Assembly (NCBI GenBank): GCA_965214835.1 | Contig: CBDCCK010000002.1 | Location: 2,112,001 to 2,176,000 of the forward strand | Direction of reading: 5' to 3' | Source: Nitrosopumilaceae archaeon | GTDB lineage: Archaea; Thermoproteota; Nitrososphaeria; Nitrososphaerales; Nitrosopumilaceae | DNA: 64,000 nucleotides | Part shown: positions 37,528 through 47,623 of the stretch, piece by piece | Numbering within the stretch: position 1 is the first letter of the stretch | How the letters are laid out: every line of letters starts with the position of its first letter | Notes under the pieces: generated by a model | The model's input: only the letters and a program-made list of their open reading frames with translations | Database searches by the model: none | Told to the model about the DNA's origin: nothing | Translations under genes and position numbers: made by a program

Positions 37528-38298
37528 CTACGCGGCGCCACTGGGAAGGCCGATAACCCTATCCAGCATGCCCTCGTCGCCTATGATCGAGCCGTCAAGC
37601 GTGATGATTCTTGCCGACTCAAACCCCCTGACCCTCTGTATTATCGGGGAGATCGACCTTTCGCGCCTCTGCCTGTGCGTTGCATAAAGGTACCGGTTAA
37701 ATGACGGCACCAGCAGCAGCTCGATCTGGCCCCTGGCCGAGGGGAACAGATCCTCCTTTCTGGCCCTTGCGGAGACCCAGACCCTCTGCCCGTTGAGCAC
37801 AGAGTCCTCGTCAAGGAATACCGGATGCATGTGCCCGGCTATGATCCTGTCGACGTGTGAAAGGTTCTCTGACGGCATCGCATGTCCGTGCGTCAGCAGG
37901 ATGTTCTCTAGCACCAGCCCGGACGGCCCGGTCAGGGTTATCTCGCTTGGGATCAGTCTCCGGATGTTGGCATCATGGTTTCCGGGAACCAGGGTTACGT
38001 CTGCCAGCCTTCCCATCTCCTCAAAGAAGAGCGGGACGTCGCTCCACTCAGCCCTTGAGATCGTCTTAGTGCCGGACTTGACGTCTCCGAGCAGGATCAG
38101 GGACTCTATTCCCTCGTCCCTGATTATTCCGGATATCTCGGATATGACCTCGTCCACTGTGGAGTTCCTTCCGACGAACACGTTGTTTGCTGCCAGCTGC
38201 GACTCAAAGCCGATGTGGAGATCCGCCACTGCCAGGTGCCTTCTCTCCCCCTCGATCACCAAGGCCGGCCTTGAGGGCACCATCCTAGTTGTGACCAT
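37528..38298 (-). CDS. metallophosphoesterase (calcineurin-like)
   Basis: DLH, GD, GNHD, HGH, GHMHP. Confidence 0.9.
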   Translation of the reverse strand: MVTTRMVPSRPALVIEGERRHLAVADLHIGFESQLAANNVFVGRNSTVDEVISEISGIIRDEGIESLILLGDVKSGTKTISRAEWSDVPLFFEEMGRLADVTLVPGNHDANIRRLIPSEITLTGPSGLVLENILLTHGHAMPSENLSHVDRIIAGHMHPVFLDEDSVLNGQRVWVSARARKEDLFPSARGQIELLLVPSFNRYLYATHRQRRERSISPIIQRVRGFESARIITLDGSIIGDEGMLDRVIGLPSGAA

Positions 38299-38332
38299 CA
38301 AGAATATACCCTGCATGCGTGATTAATCTATT

Positions 38333-38632
38333 GTGAAAGATACCGGGAAGGTCAGGAAGATCGTGGAGCAAGGGCGTGTAAAGCTGCACGTCTTTGAGCC
38401 TAGCAACCGGGGCATATGGACCGTCGTCGGTAGCGGGCGGGAGTACTGGGTCGAGCCGGACCTCGAGTTTTGCTCATGCGCCGGGTTTTACTTTGCGCGC
38501 CTGAGCGGAAAGGTGGGATGCTATCACCTCGAGTCCCTAAAAACTGCCATTGCCGAGGGGCAGTACGAGGCAGTAAGGTTTGCCGACGACGAGTACGGAG
38601 ACTTTATAACGTCGCTAGTAGCCGATCTGTGA
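38333..38632 (+). CDS. SWIM zinc-finger protein
   Basis: CSC...CYH. Confidence 0.8.
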   Translation: MKDTGKVRKIVEQGRVKLHVFEPSNRGIWTVVGSGREYWVEPDLEFCSCAGFYFARLSGKVGCYHLESLKTAIAEGQYEAVRFADDEYGDFITSLVADL

Positions 38633-38675
38633 GCCTACCGACACCCAAATAAACACCGGGGTTTTTACCTTTGTA

Positions 38676-39053
38676 TTGGTCAAAAAGCAAGCCGACCTGC
38701 AGAAGGTCGTCGATGAAATCGTCAACCTCAGCCCGAAGATGCGCTTTGTAGGAATCATCGATCTGAGGGGAAACATCGTAGAGGGGATCATGAAGGAGGG
38801 CAAGACCTCACTTGAATCCCAGAGGGAACAGGAGCACTTTTGCCAGCAAATCGCCGAGCGGCGAAGGATGCGAAAGGAGTTTGACAGAACCCTGGGCAAG
38901 GTAAGATACGTGCATGTGGAGCGCGACAATGTCAGCCAGCTGGTGGTGTATACGCCCAAGCGCACGATTTTTGTCACCTCCGAGCCCGACCTTGGCATCA
39001 ACAAGAAAATCCAGATAGTGACCCGAATCAAGAAGATCATTGCAGGCCTCTAG
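38676..39053 (+). CDS. DUF6659 / roadblock-like protein
   Basis: RFVGIID..G.IV ... FD..LG.V.Y..VER. Confidence 0.7.
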   Translation: MVKKQADLQKVVDEIVNLSPKMRFVGIIDLRGNIVEGIMKEGKTSLESQREQEHFCQQIAERRRMRKEFDRTLGKVRYVHVERDNVSQLVVYTPKRTIFVTSEPDLGINKKIQIVTRIKKIIAGL

Positions 39054-39063
39054 GGTGTGGGGA

Positions 39064-39312
39064 TTGGCCGGCTCTGAGTACCAAAGACAAATCAGGGCAA
39101 TATCCTCCGCGATGAGCTCCGACGGTATCTCCCCTGACGAGACAGACCCTGACGTACTCTCAAAATATCATGACTTTGCCAAGTCGGAGTTTCGCACAAG
39201 CGACGAGGCCGCCGCGCAGCTGGTCTTTGAATCCCTCGTGTACCTCAAGCTGCAAAATGCAGACCTGGATCCGCTGCCTGAGGGGGAAAAATTTGGAGTG
39301 GGGTTCAGCTAG
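39064..39312 (+). CDS. hypothetical protein
   Basis: TTG start after a G-rich SD-like sequence. Confidence 0.6.
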   Translation: MAGSEYQRQIRAISSAMSSDGISPDETDPDVLSKYHDFAKSEFRTSDEAAAQLVFESLVYLKLQNADLDPLPEGEKFGVGFS

Positions 39313-39605
39313 AGCTGAACCGTAAACAGGTCGTCCTTTGAGACTCCCTTCCACAGTCCGATCATGCCCTCCGGCTCGACCTGCTCTACCTTTGTGATTG
39401 CCTGGATCCTGATGTGATCCGGACTGGGAGGCATCCACAGCATTGCCATATAGTCCCCCACGCTGCCGACCTGCGTCGGAACCGCATCGACTATCTTGTC
39501 CATGGAAAACCCCCTTGCCTTTAGGGCGGCAGCTGCCTTTTCCCTAAGATCGGCCCGTCCGTGGGTGAAAAGGTATACCGTCTTGCTTGCATCAACCTCT
39601 GACAT
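39309..39605 (-). CDS. hypothetical protein
   Basis: 98-aa ORF. Confidence 0.7.
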   Translation of the reverse strand: MSEVDASKTVYLFTHGRADLREKAAAALKARGFSMDKIVDAVPTQVGSVGDYMAMLWMPPSPDHIRIQAITKVEQVEPEGMIGLWKGVSKDDLFTVQL

Positions 39606-39787
39606 GCTTGACCGTCGTTCCTCATTCTAAATCAACGTTTCTAAGGTCTCATCGTATGAGTTTACCCCTTCACCTACTTGGTGAATTCTTCCTGACCACC
39701 CGATCTATAAGATAGCATTACCTAGAAAAACGCATGTCATCAGGCTCGGAGGTCAAGATACTGCGCGACGAGATAGCCCGCCTCATA

Positions 39788-40893
39788 TAGCAACGAGCAT
39801 AAGTCTTTGAGCCAAAACAAGGTCATTCGAAAGGTATAATGATCACGTAACTGGCGCAGTATGTATGACAAAAGAAACAGACATTCTGTCAGAGGCCATG
39901 CGCAAAGAAAAGGATGTCAAAGTCTACAAGAAGATCATGGCGCTGATGTTTGTGCTAGAAGACGACATGGGCGTACCCGAGACTGCAAGAAAGATCCGGT
40001 GCAGTGAGAATTCCGTGCGCAACTGGCTGGCGAGGTTTTCGGAGGGCGGCATAGACGGTCTCCGGGATCTTCCCCGTTCCGGATGCAGACCAAAGGTGGA
40101 CAGAGAAAGTATTGCAGCCATAATGGATCTGTCCACTGCATGCAAAAGTACCGATGTCATGACGGTACGCGATGACATAAGGAATGCCACCGGGATAGAA
40201 TACAGCATAGAGCATGTCCGAAGACTGATGTGCCAGCACGGCCTGTCGCGCCGCAAGGTGCAAAACATACATGTCAACCATGCCACCCCAAGCTCGGTAT
40301 ACTCGTGGCAGCGATACCTTGAAAACGTGCGGATTCCGTGCCTGAAAAACGACGGTTTTACGCTGGTGTCATCTGATGAGGCGTTCTTCGTGCAGGGCGC
40401 ATACGACAGATACGTGTGGGGTCCGGTCGGCACCAGAAGCGTGGCATCGTATTCGGGGGACCACACAAAGGTGGCCGTGTTTGGAAGCATCGCAGAAGAC
40501 GGCAGAAGGCTATTCAGGACGTTTACGGGATCGTTTACGTCGGTGCAGTTCATAGAATGTCTGGAGGCGCTGCGCATCAAGTTTGGCAAGGTTGCAGTCT
40601 TTTGCGATAGGTGGAGTGTGCACAGATCTACTGATGTCGCAGAATATCTGGCGGGCCATCCCGACGTCAGACTGATAATGATTCCGAAAGGATCGCCGTA
40701 CCTCAATATCGTGGAAGAATGCTGGAACCTGGGCAAACATTTTGTTTTCAGGGGGATAGTGTACAGAAGGATCAGCGAGCTGCGGCACACCATATCCGAA
40801 TATTATAGGACGGTGTCATTTGCCCACCTTTGCATGTACAAGTACATTTACAGATCGCCGGTCAAAGCCCTCAATTACTTGTGACCGTTGCTA
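39788..40893 (+). mobile_element. IS630-family element
   Basis: TIR TAGCAACGAGCATAAGT / ACTTGTGACCGTTGCTA; TA duplication. Confidence 0.9.
39865..40884 (+). CDS. IS630 transposase (uninterrupted ORF)
   Basis: HTH WLARF..GG.DGL.D.PRSG; SDE, CDRWSVH, SPYLNIVE. Confidence 0.92.
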   Translation: MTKETDILSEAMRKEKDVKVYKKIMALMFVLEDDMGVPETARKIRCSENSVRNWLARFSEGGIDGLRDLPRSGCRPKVDRESIAAIMDLSTACKSTDVMTVRDDIRNATGIEYSIEHVRRLMCQHGLSRRKVQNIHVNHATPSSVYSWQRYLENVRIPCLKNDGFTLVSSDEAFFVQGAYDRYVWGPVGTRSVASYSGDHTKVAVFGSIAEDGRRLFRTFTGSFTSVQFIECLEALRIKFGKVAVFCDRWSVHRSTDVAEYLAGHPDVRLIMIPKGSPYLNIVEECWNLGKHFVFRGIVYRRISELRHTISEYYRTVSFAHLCMYKYIYRSPVKALNYL

Positions 40894-42740
40894 TAGCGGA
40901 GATTGGCAAGATGAAAAGGGAGTTTGCCACAAGAAACGGGGAGCTGGCCACACAGCTGGCCGAGGCCATGGCACGAATCGCGATGCTGGAGGCAGAAAAC
41001 CTGCAGCTCAGACAGCACATCAAATATTACGAAAACCCGCACACCCCACTCCTCGCAGAACTCGATTCCGACCAGGCAGAAAAAGGCCGCCGCCGCAAAG
41101 GCATCAGGCGGCGTGCCCGCACCTGCAAAGGCAAAACCGGGCCGCAAACCGGAACACGAGGGGGTATCACACAAGAGAAAGCCGACCGAGTTTGTAAAGC
41201 ACTGCCCCAAAAAGTGCGGCAAGTGCGGCGGCACCAACATGAAAAAGCCCGAAAAGATGTTCTCCAAGCTTGTGACCGAGACCCCCAGGAGGCCCGAGCC
41301 GGTCACGACACAGCACACCGCATACAGGCGCAAATGCGCCGACTGCGGCCACGAGTCCGTCGAGGACGACAGGTCATGGAACGTGCCGGGAACAGAATTT
41401 GGACCAAACATCACGGGGATGATGACTGCAATACACGTGGCACCTGCCTCCATACAGGCCACGGCCACGCTGTGCTCTGAGATCCTGGGCATGGACGTCT
41501 CAGAGGCAGGCGTGCTGCAGTGCCTGAGGGCCGGCGCCAATGCGATAAAGCCCGGCGTAGAGAGCATCAAGCAGGCCATCAGGGATTCTGATTATCTGCA
41601 TATTGACGAGACTGCCATGCCATACAACGGCAGGACGGCCCGCATATGGGTGGTCGTGGGAAGAAAAGGTGACGGCACCGTCACCGGGATCCACACGCTG
41701 GCCGCACCCAGCAGGGGCAGGGCCGTAGTTGACATGAACTTTCCATATTATGACAAACCGGTCACAGTCGACGGGTACGGCGTATACGCCGCATTCAAGA
41801 TCAGGCAGTGGTGCCGGATCCGCATACTCCGGGAGGCCAGGGAGGCCGGCAAGGTTTCCCGGCAGGCCCACGCGCTGTATGTGGCCCTCAAGAAAAAGTT
41901 TATCCATGCCAAGGGGCTGGGGCCACCGGAGGGCGCCGCCCAGCACGACATGCTGGTGGCAGAAACGCGCGGGCTGGCCGAGGCATTCGGCAGGGAGGCC
42001 GGATGCGAGAGCTTTGCCACAAAGCTTGGGAACGCCTCGGAATACCTGTACACGTTCGTGCTATACCCGGGCATGGAGCCCACCAACAACCTGGCCGAGC
42101 GCATGCTGAGGCCGTCCGTAATTGCACGCAAGATATTCCAGGGACTCCGTACCATGGAAGGCATGGAGATGTTCACCGTACTGATGACATGCGCGATGAA
42201 CTGGCGCGCCCGGGGATGCGGCGTGAGGGAGATGGTCGTCAAGACCCTGACTGGCAGCGTCGCCTGAGGGGTAAACTCTTACGTCTCATCTAAGTGAAGT
42301 GTGGATGGGACCTTTGCCTTGTCATTGAGGCACCATGGCTCCTGCCCAGTTTCTGTTCTTGCTCGATTTTTTTGGTACGCTTGTATGGATCTCAGCCAAG
42401 TGGAGGGTACCCCAGCCAGGCAGAAAACCGAGGGGTTCAGGTAGCAGCTTGGACTAGAAGATCAGGCGTGAATTTTGGTGCCCTGAAGGACTCACTGGCA
42501 GCACCTTGACGGTAGAAAGATTTGGAAAAACCACAATACACAAAGATCACAGTGCCTGCCTTCCAAGTATTGGCTGGGGATCTTGGCACTGCGGATATGG
42601 ACTGGAACAGTCCCTGCGTGCGTTGCATGTTTGAACACAAAGCCGGGGATGGAAAAGGCTGGAAAAGAGAGCCAGCACCTGCAAGGCAAGCACCAACAGA
42701 TGCAAAACAAGCACCAGCAGCTGCAAGAAGAGAAAGAGCG

Positions 42741-42832
42741 TATAATGTCACGTCCCCTTTGCTGGCCATGCATGAAAACCATATCTATACATGCCAATTC
42801 GTGCCTGATTGGCAGGGCTAGGTTGCCTCGTA
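42741..42832. mobile_element. MITE family A
   Basis: GTCACGTCCCC ... GGTTGCCTCGTA. Confidence 0.75.
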
Positions 42833-42975
42833 CTAAGTTTGTATCAAAATCCAGCTTTCGAACCCGATCAAGCAGATCCGTGCCTGAAATCAGGAACGGT
42901 TTAGCCCGAGCTGTTACCACAAAAGATCGGTTGTTTTTACGCGTTCAGGCACGGCTGTGCGACAGACCAACATTT

Positions 42976-43082
42976 GCCTTCCCAGCTTCCCGTAATGCGG
43001 TCAATCTTGTAGTTCAAGCTGACTGCCTGCAGATCCGCATGTGCCTGTCTGCTCCATGAGTCGGCTACATTTGGGAGTACTG
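42976..43082. mobile_element. MITE family C, copy 3
   Basis: GCCTTCCCAG ... TTTGGGAGTACTG, 5-bp direct repeat CATTT on both sides. Confidence 0.7.
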
Positions 43083-43126
43083 CATTTGGAGTAAATTTTT
43101 TAAGCCCTTTGCAGGCCCTCTCAGAT

Positions 43127-43792
43127 ATGAAGAAGACCGGACTGATCGCGGCCGCCGTGGTAGCCGCCGTGATCATCGGGATAGCCGCCTCATATGCGTC
43201 ATTTTCAGGCCCGGACGATGCCAACCTGGATGTGCAGAGGCGGCACGGTGATATCTCCACTGCCATGGGATCCCCAATACTGGGAAATCCAGATGCGCCT
43301 GTCACCATCGTTGAGTTTGGCGATTACCAGTGCCATGCATGCCACGCGTGGTTTCTAAACTCCGCCCCTGCAATCAAGCAAGACTACATCGATACCGGAA
43401 AGGCAAACCTGGTTTTTGTCGACCTTGCGTTTTTGGGACGCGACTCCCCGAGGGCCGCACAGGCAAGCTACTGCGCCGAGGATCAGGGAATGTACTGGGA
43501 GTATCACAATCTGATGTACCTCTCCCAGGAGGAGGAAATCGACAGCTGGGCAGGATCCGAGCGCCTAAGGGCCTTTGCGTTCAGTCTGGGACTGAACATG
43601 GGGCTCTTTGAGAGCTGTCTGGACTCTGGAAAATACTCTGAGCGCGTCCAGTTCAACGTCGGCGAGGGGCGCAAGGCAGGCGCAAGCAGCACCCCCACGT
43701 TCTTCATAGTGGGTCCTGACGGTCAGCAGCAAAAGATTGTCGGCGCGCAGCCCTACTCTGTATTCAAGCAGGTTCTTGATTCGATGGTCTAA
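43127..43792 (+). CDS. DsbA-family thiol-disulfide oxidoreductase, membrane-anchored
   Basis: EFGDYQCHAC, TPTF, GAQPY. Confidence 0.92.
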   Translation: MKKTGLIAAAVVAAVIIGIAASYASFSGPDDANLDVQRRHGDISTAMGSPILGNPDAPVTIVEFGDYQCHACHAWFLNSAPAIKQDYIDTGKANLVFVDLAFLGRDSPRAAQASYCAEDQGMYWEYHNLMYLSQEEEIDSWAGSERLRAFAFSLGLNMGLFESCLDSGKYSERVQFNVGEGRKAGASSTPTFFIVGPDGQQQKIVGAQPYSVFKQVLDSMV

Positions 43793-44266
43793 ATGGCATC
43801 CGTGCTCAGGCTGGTGTTTTCAAATCCCCTGTATGCTACAATTGCCGGCATGATCTTTGCCGGCCTGGCCATCCCGTTACTGATAATCTCCGAGTATGTG
43901 TTCCTAGAGCCGTATGTGGTGGCACACCTGCCTAGGGATGCCGAGCTTGGCTTTTCCCTGATTATAGTCCTGTCTGCGCTATCGGGACTTGTAATGTCGA
44001 TGAACGTCTATAGGATCCGCATGCTCCGGGGATCGTCTAAAAAGATGGGAGGCGGCGTGCTTGGAACAGTGGTTGGCGCAGCTGCCGGCGCATGCGGCTG
44101 CGGCCCCGTCGGATTCGCGATAATCTCCACCTTTGGCTCTGCCGGCGCAGTTGCGTCCTCGTTTGTAACAAACTACGAGATCCCAATCCGCCTGGCATCC
44201 ATTGCAATACTGTGCGCTGTTTACTGGACCACCACCAGATCCCTCAAGTCCGAGTGCAGGATCTGA
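43793..44266 (+). CDS. 4-TM membrane protein with CGC motif
   Basis: Abuts dsbA; ACGCGP, C-terminal ECRI. Confidence 0.75.
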   Translation: MASVLRLVFSNPLYATIAGMIFAGLAIPLLIISEYVFLEPYVVAHLPRDAELGFSLIIVLSALSGLVMSMNVYRIRMLRGSSKKMGGGVLGTVVGAAAGACGCGPVGFAIISTFGSAGAVASSFVTNYEIPIRLASIAILCAVYWTTTRSLKSECRI

Positions 44267-44418
44267 TCCCTAAAATCAGCTCGATATTGCCAAAAGGGCC
44301 AGCTTTTCCAGATCGAGCTTCCCATGTGCGTAGTATTCACGGCTACCAATTGATTACAAAAAGGACAATTTTTCTCAACCAAAGGATCCAAGATCCTGCC
44401 AAGCACATACAAGCACAT

Positions 44419-45835
44419 CAGTAGTTCCTCGATGTACTTTTGCAGGCACGATAATTACGCAATTTGCCGAGATTTTTTGACCATCATACTATAGATCAGG
44501 TGGTGTGCCAACCATCATCATGATACCAACACAAAACGACGTGTTTGCACACCAGTTTGACATAACATCGAGACAGTTTAAAACATTGCGACGGCGGTTT
44601 CCCAAGCTCGGGCTGGCCGTCTCAAAGAGTCGCAACGCAGTGTATGACCACATCGACGCACTGCGCGTTCTATATTTCATGTCTGAGAGGAAGATGTTTG
44701 CAGAATCTGCCGTGACGCACCTTCGCAGGCGGGCCTCAAAATGCAGCAGGCAGCAGCATGACGACGGGGCTGCCTCCAAGGGCGGCGCGTATAGTTGCCG
44801 TACGCCTAGTTCGGACTGGATCCTAAAGGCGATCCGGGGCGTCAGCCTGGATGATGCGCAAAAGTGGTGCAGCTCCATGCTGCAGCATACGGTAAGGTGC
44901 GCCCGCAGGTCAGGCATGCTGCACAACACGGACATCGTGGCAGTGGACGTTACCGACGTGGAATACTATGGCAAGGGCCTGGAGGATATCACCAGAAAGT
45001 CAAAGCCCAAGAACGGCACGTCGACGTTTCTCTCGCACATTACCATGCACGGAATAGGATCAGATGACGGGTCTGACCTCGTGCTTTCCTCGCTGCAGCT
45101 TCCAAAAGAGGCAAAACTGGCCGATTTCGTGCCTAAAATGATCCGCAAGGCGTCCAGATCAGGGATGAGGATCAAGACGTTCCTGTATGACCGCGGGTTC
45201 TTTAACGTGGACTGCATGAGGGCCGCAGAAACAAGCACGGGCAGCTACATCATGCCTGCCGTCAAGAACAGGAGGATAGTGGCGGCAATAGAGGAGCATG
45301 ACCGCGGAGAACGCGGTGCGGTATCAAAATATACAATGACCAACAAGGACGGCAAGAGCGCCACATTCAGGCTGATCATTGTGGAAAAGGACGAGGTAGA
45401 AAAGGACGGCACGGCAGCAGCAAAGAAGGACAAGGCAGAGGAGACCATAGCCGACAGGTACCAGGGTCTTTGCCACCAACATGTCTGCTAAAAGTGCAGA
45501 GGCAGTCATTGAGCAGATGCCGGAGGAGTACCGCAGTCGGTGGGGAATCGAGACGGGGTTCAGGGTGATCAAGGGGATAATGGGCAAGACGTGCAGCAAC
45601 TCCCCGGCAGTCAGGCTGCTGCTGTTCTATATGTCTGTCATACTGTACAACCTGTGGAGGACTGCCGTGTTCATAGACGTGGAATCCAAGTGGGACGGAT
45701 TTGCAGGAGGGAAGGGGTTTACCATGGCGCTGTTTGTAGAGTGCATCGTAGATGCGGCCGACTCGTTTGTAAACGATCGCGGAAAGTAGCGGAGGTGCCG
45801 TGCCCGGTCTGCAAAAGTACATCTAGGAAGTACTG
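44419..45835 (+). mobile_element. second ISH3/IS4-like element
   Basis: 27-bp TIR CAGTAGTTCCTCGATGTACTTTTGCAG (25/27); no clear TSD. Confidence 0.88.
44505..45789 (+). pseudogene. ISH3-type transposase, 1-bp frameshift at ~45465
   Basis: AVDVT, LYDRGF, YRSRWGIETGF in two frames. Confidence 0.88.
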
Positions 45836-46007
45836 ATCTGGTTGTACTGCTCTAACTATGGTAGCGATCAAAAGTTTGAGCACATGTGGGTATAAACTAC
45901 GCAGGAAGGCGATTTTGATCAGCCGATCCCAGTCATCATGATGAGCAACGATAGAAAGAACACGGGCTATTACCGACTCTACGAGCAAAAGCTCATCGGG
46001 ATCGTCA

Positions 46008-47123
46008 GTGAAATCGGTCAAAATGACGGGGCCGCCGCGGCATCCTGAGTCATCCGCGAAACAGATATTTGTCATGCAGGACGGAGTGACAGCATTGTCA
46101 AACGCAGAGCCAGAGGTGGGATTGAAGTTGTGGGGGGGGGGTACGGCTCTGGCATGCAATAGCGGCAGGGTGTCGCTTCTAATCCGGGTCTACAACGGGG
46201 AAAAGTACCTGGTGCCGTGCATAGAGTCCGCGCTTGCACAGACGTACGGCAACATCGAGGTCATAGCCGTAAACGACGGCTCCACGGACGGGTCAGCCGA
46301 GATACTGGGGCGGTACTCTGACAGGATCAGGATAGTCGACACAGAGCACGCGGGACGCTCGGCTGCCTACAACGCGGGGATCGCCCACATGACCGGGGAG
46401 TGGCTTGCAGTCCTGGACTATGACGACGTAATGTATCCTGACGCCGTAGAGAGGCTCGTCGGGGCCGCCGAGGGGCTTGACTCGTCATCGGCTACCAGGG
46501 TAATACCGTTCTTTGATCTGCAGATGCTGGGATCCGACGGAAGGCCAAACGGCAGGACGCAGTCGTACCACATGGACAACTCCATGGACGCGCTGGAGCA
46601 GGGCGCCTCGATGTTCATCATGTACTTTGGACAGATGTATGTCTCCATACTTCACAGATCGATTCTTGAGGACGTCGGGGGATTTGACGAGAGCCTTGGC
46701 CGAGGCGAGGACATAGAGTTCGGCATGCGGCTGACCGTAAACCACGGGTACAGGTTCCACCACGTTCCGGGCATCATATACGGGTACAGGCAGCACGGCG
46801 GGCAGGGCAGGCTGGGCTCAAGGGAGAGGAACGCCATGAGGCGCAGGATCCTGGAGCTGACCGTAGACAGGCTGGACGGGCCGGACAGGAGGAGATACGC
46901 CGAGGCCAGCAGGAGGATCGGACGCAGGTTCGTCGTCACATCTGCGTGCCGTCGCGCCGATCACACTCTGAGCTCGTTTGCGTACGGCGCCCATGAGGGT
47001 ACGGCGGCACGGCTTGCGGCCAGAGCGCTCGGGGCCCTGCTTGAATGCGGGCCCGCGCGCCGTCTCGCGGGCCTGCTGACGTACCGCCTGAGAACCGCAA
47101 GGATTAGGCCGCGGGAGGGCTGA
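46008..47123 (+). CDS. GT2 family glycosyltransferase (start uncertain)
   Basis: VYNGEKYL..CIES, VNDGSTD, LDYDD, GGFDE...GED. Confidence 0.9.
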   Translation: MKSVKMTGPPRHPESSAKQIFVMQDGVTALSNAEPEVGLKLWGGGTALACNSGRVSLLIRVYNGEKYLVPCIESALAQTYGNIEVIAVNDGSTDGSAEILGRYSDRIRIVDTEHAGRSAAYNAGIAHMTGEWLAVLDYDDVMYPDAVERLVGAAEGLDSSSATRVIPFFDLQMLGSDGRPNGRTQSYHMDNSMDALEQGASMFIMYFGQMYVSILHRSILEDVGGFDESLGRGEDIEFGMRLTVNHGYRFHHVPGIIYGYRQHGGQGRLGSRERNAMRRRILELTVDRLDGPDRRRYAEASRRIGRRFVVTSACRRADHTLSSFAYGAHEGTAARLAARALGALLECGPARRLAGLLTYRLRTARIRPREG

Positions 47124-47219
47124 GCCTGCCCACTACGGCCTGATGCTTCTGATCCAGTAATGTGACTTGCAGTCAAAGCTGAGCGGGAGGGCTGAGCCTG
47201 CCCACTACGGCCTGATGCT
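47111..47219. repeat. two perfect 37-bp direct repeats, 35-bp spacer
   Basis: GCGGGAGGGCTGAGCCTGCCCACTACGGCCTGATGCT at 47111 and 47183. Confidence 0.9.
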
Positions 47220-47623
47220 GCGCCTGAGAGGCGGCTCACGATTGGCAGGCTATGACCCACGTGAGCACGAATCCATGCCTGCAGGATCAAAACACCCAAA
47301 GCCCGGCACAGATCATGCGTCTAATCTACAGACTGGCAAGAAACCTACCGGTGCTCCGGATGTTTGAGGGAATGGCCGGGCTCGGCCTGTTGTGCGCCGG
47401 GATGCAGGAAAAGCAGAGACCAAGAAGATGATGCCCCCGGGAAGAGTGATCCGTCAAAAGCCGCGTGGGTGCCCGGATCTTGCTGTCATCTTGTTGAGCA
47501 GCCTAGCAGGGTGGTTCTTGCAGGCATTCTGAACCGTTTGGCGCACATCCGCATGCGCGTGATCAAAGCCTGCCAATTGTGAATCGCCTCCCTGCCACAG
47601 GGCGAATCACAGGTGTAGCCGCA

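Larger units (their letters stand above)
39734..42267 (+). pseudogene. IS66 transposase (TnpC), interrupted by IS630 and frameshifted at ~41049
   Basis: MSSGSEV..RLI|AEIGK rejoin; zinc finger; HIDET, VDGY, PTNNLAERMLR. Confidence 0.9.
39654..42282 (+). mobile_element. IS66-family element carrying a nested IS630
   Basis: TIR GTATGAGTTTACCCCT / AGGGGTAAACTCTTAC; 8-bp TSD GTCTCATC. Confidence 0.93.

Noticed and set aside
41040-41060. Programmed frameshift in the IS66 gene
   Set aside because: No slippery A-run at the shift, and the gene has other lesions; more likely a mutation.
39924-41579. Long antisense and alternative-frame ORFs over transposases (and likewise over carB, ADH, alba)
   Set aside because: Shadow ORFs of GC-rich coding sequence with no motifs.
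27397-47219. CRISPR arrays at 27397 and 47111
   Set aside because: Only two repeats each, no leader or cas genes, and no typical repeat ends; kept only as direct repeats.
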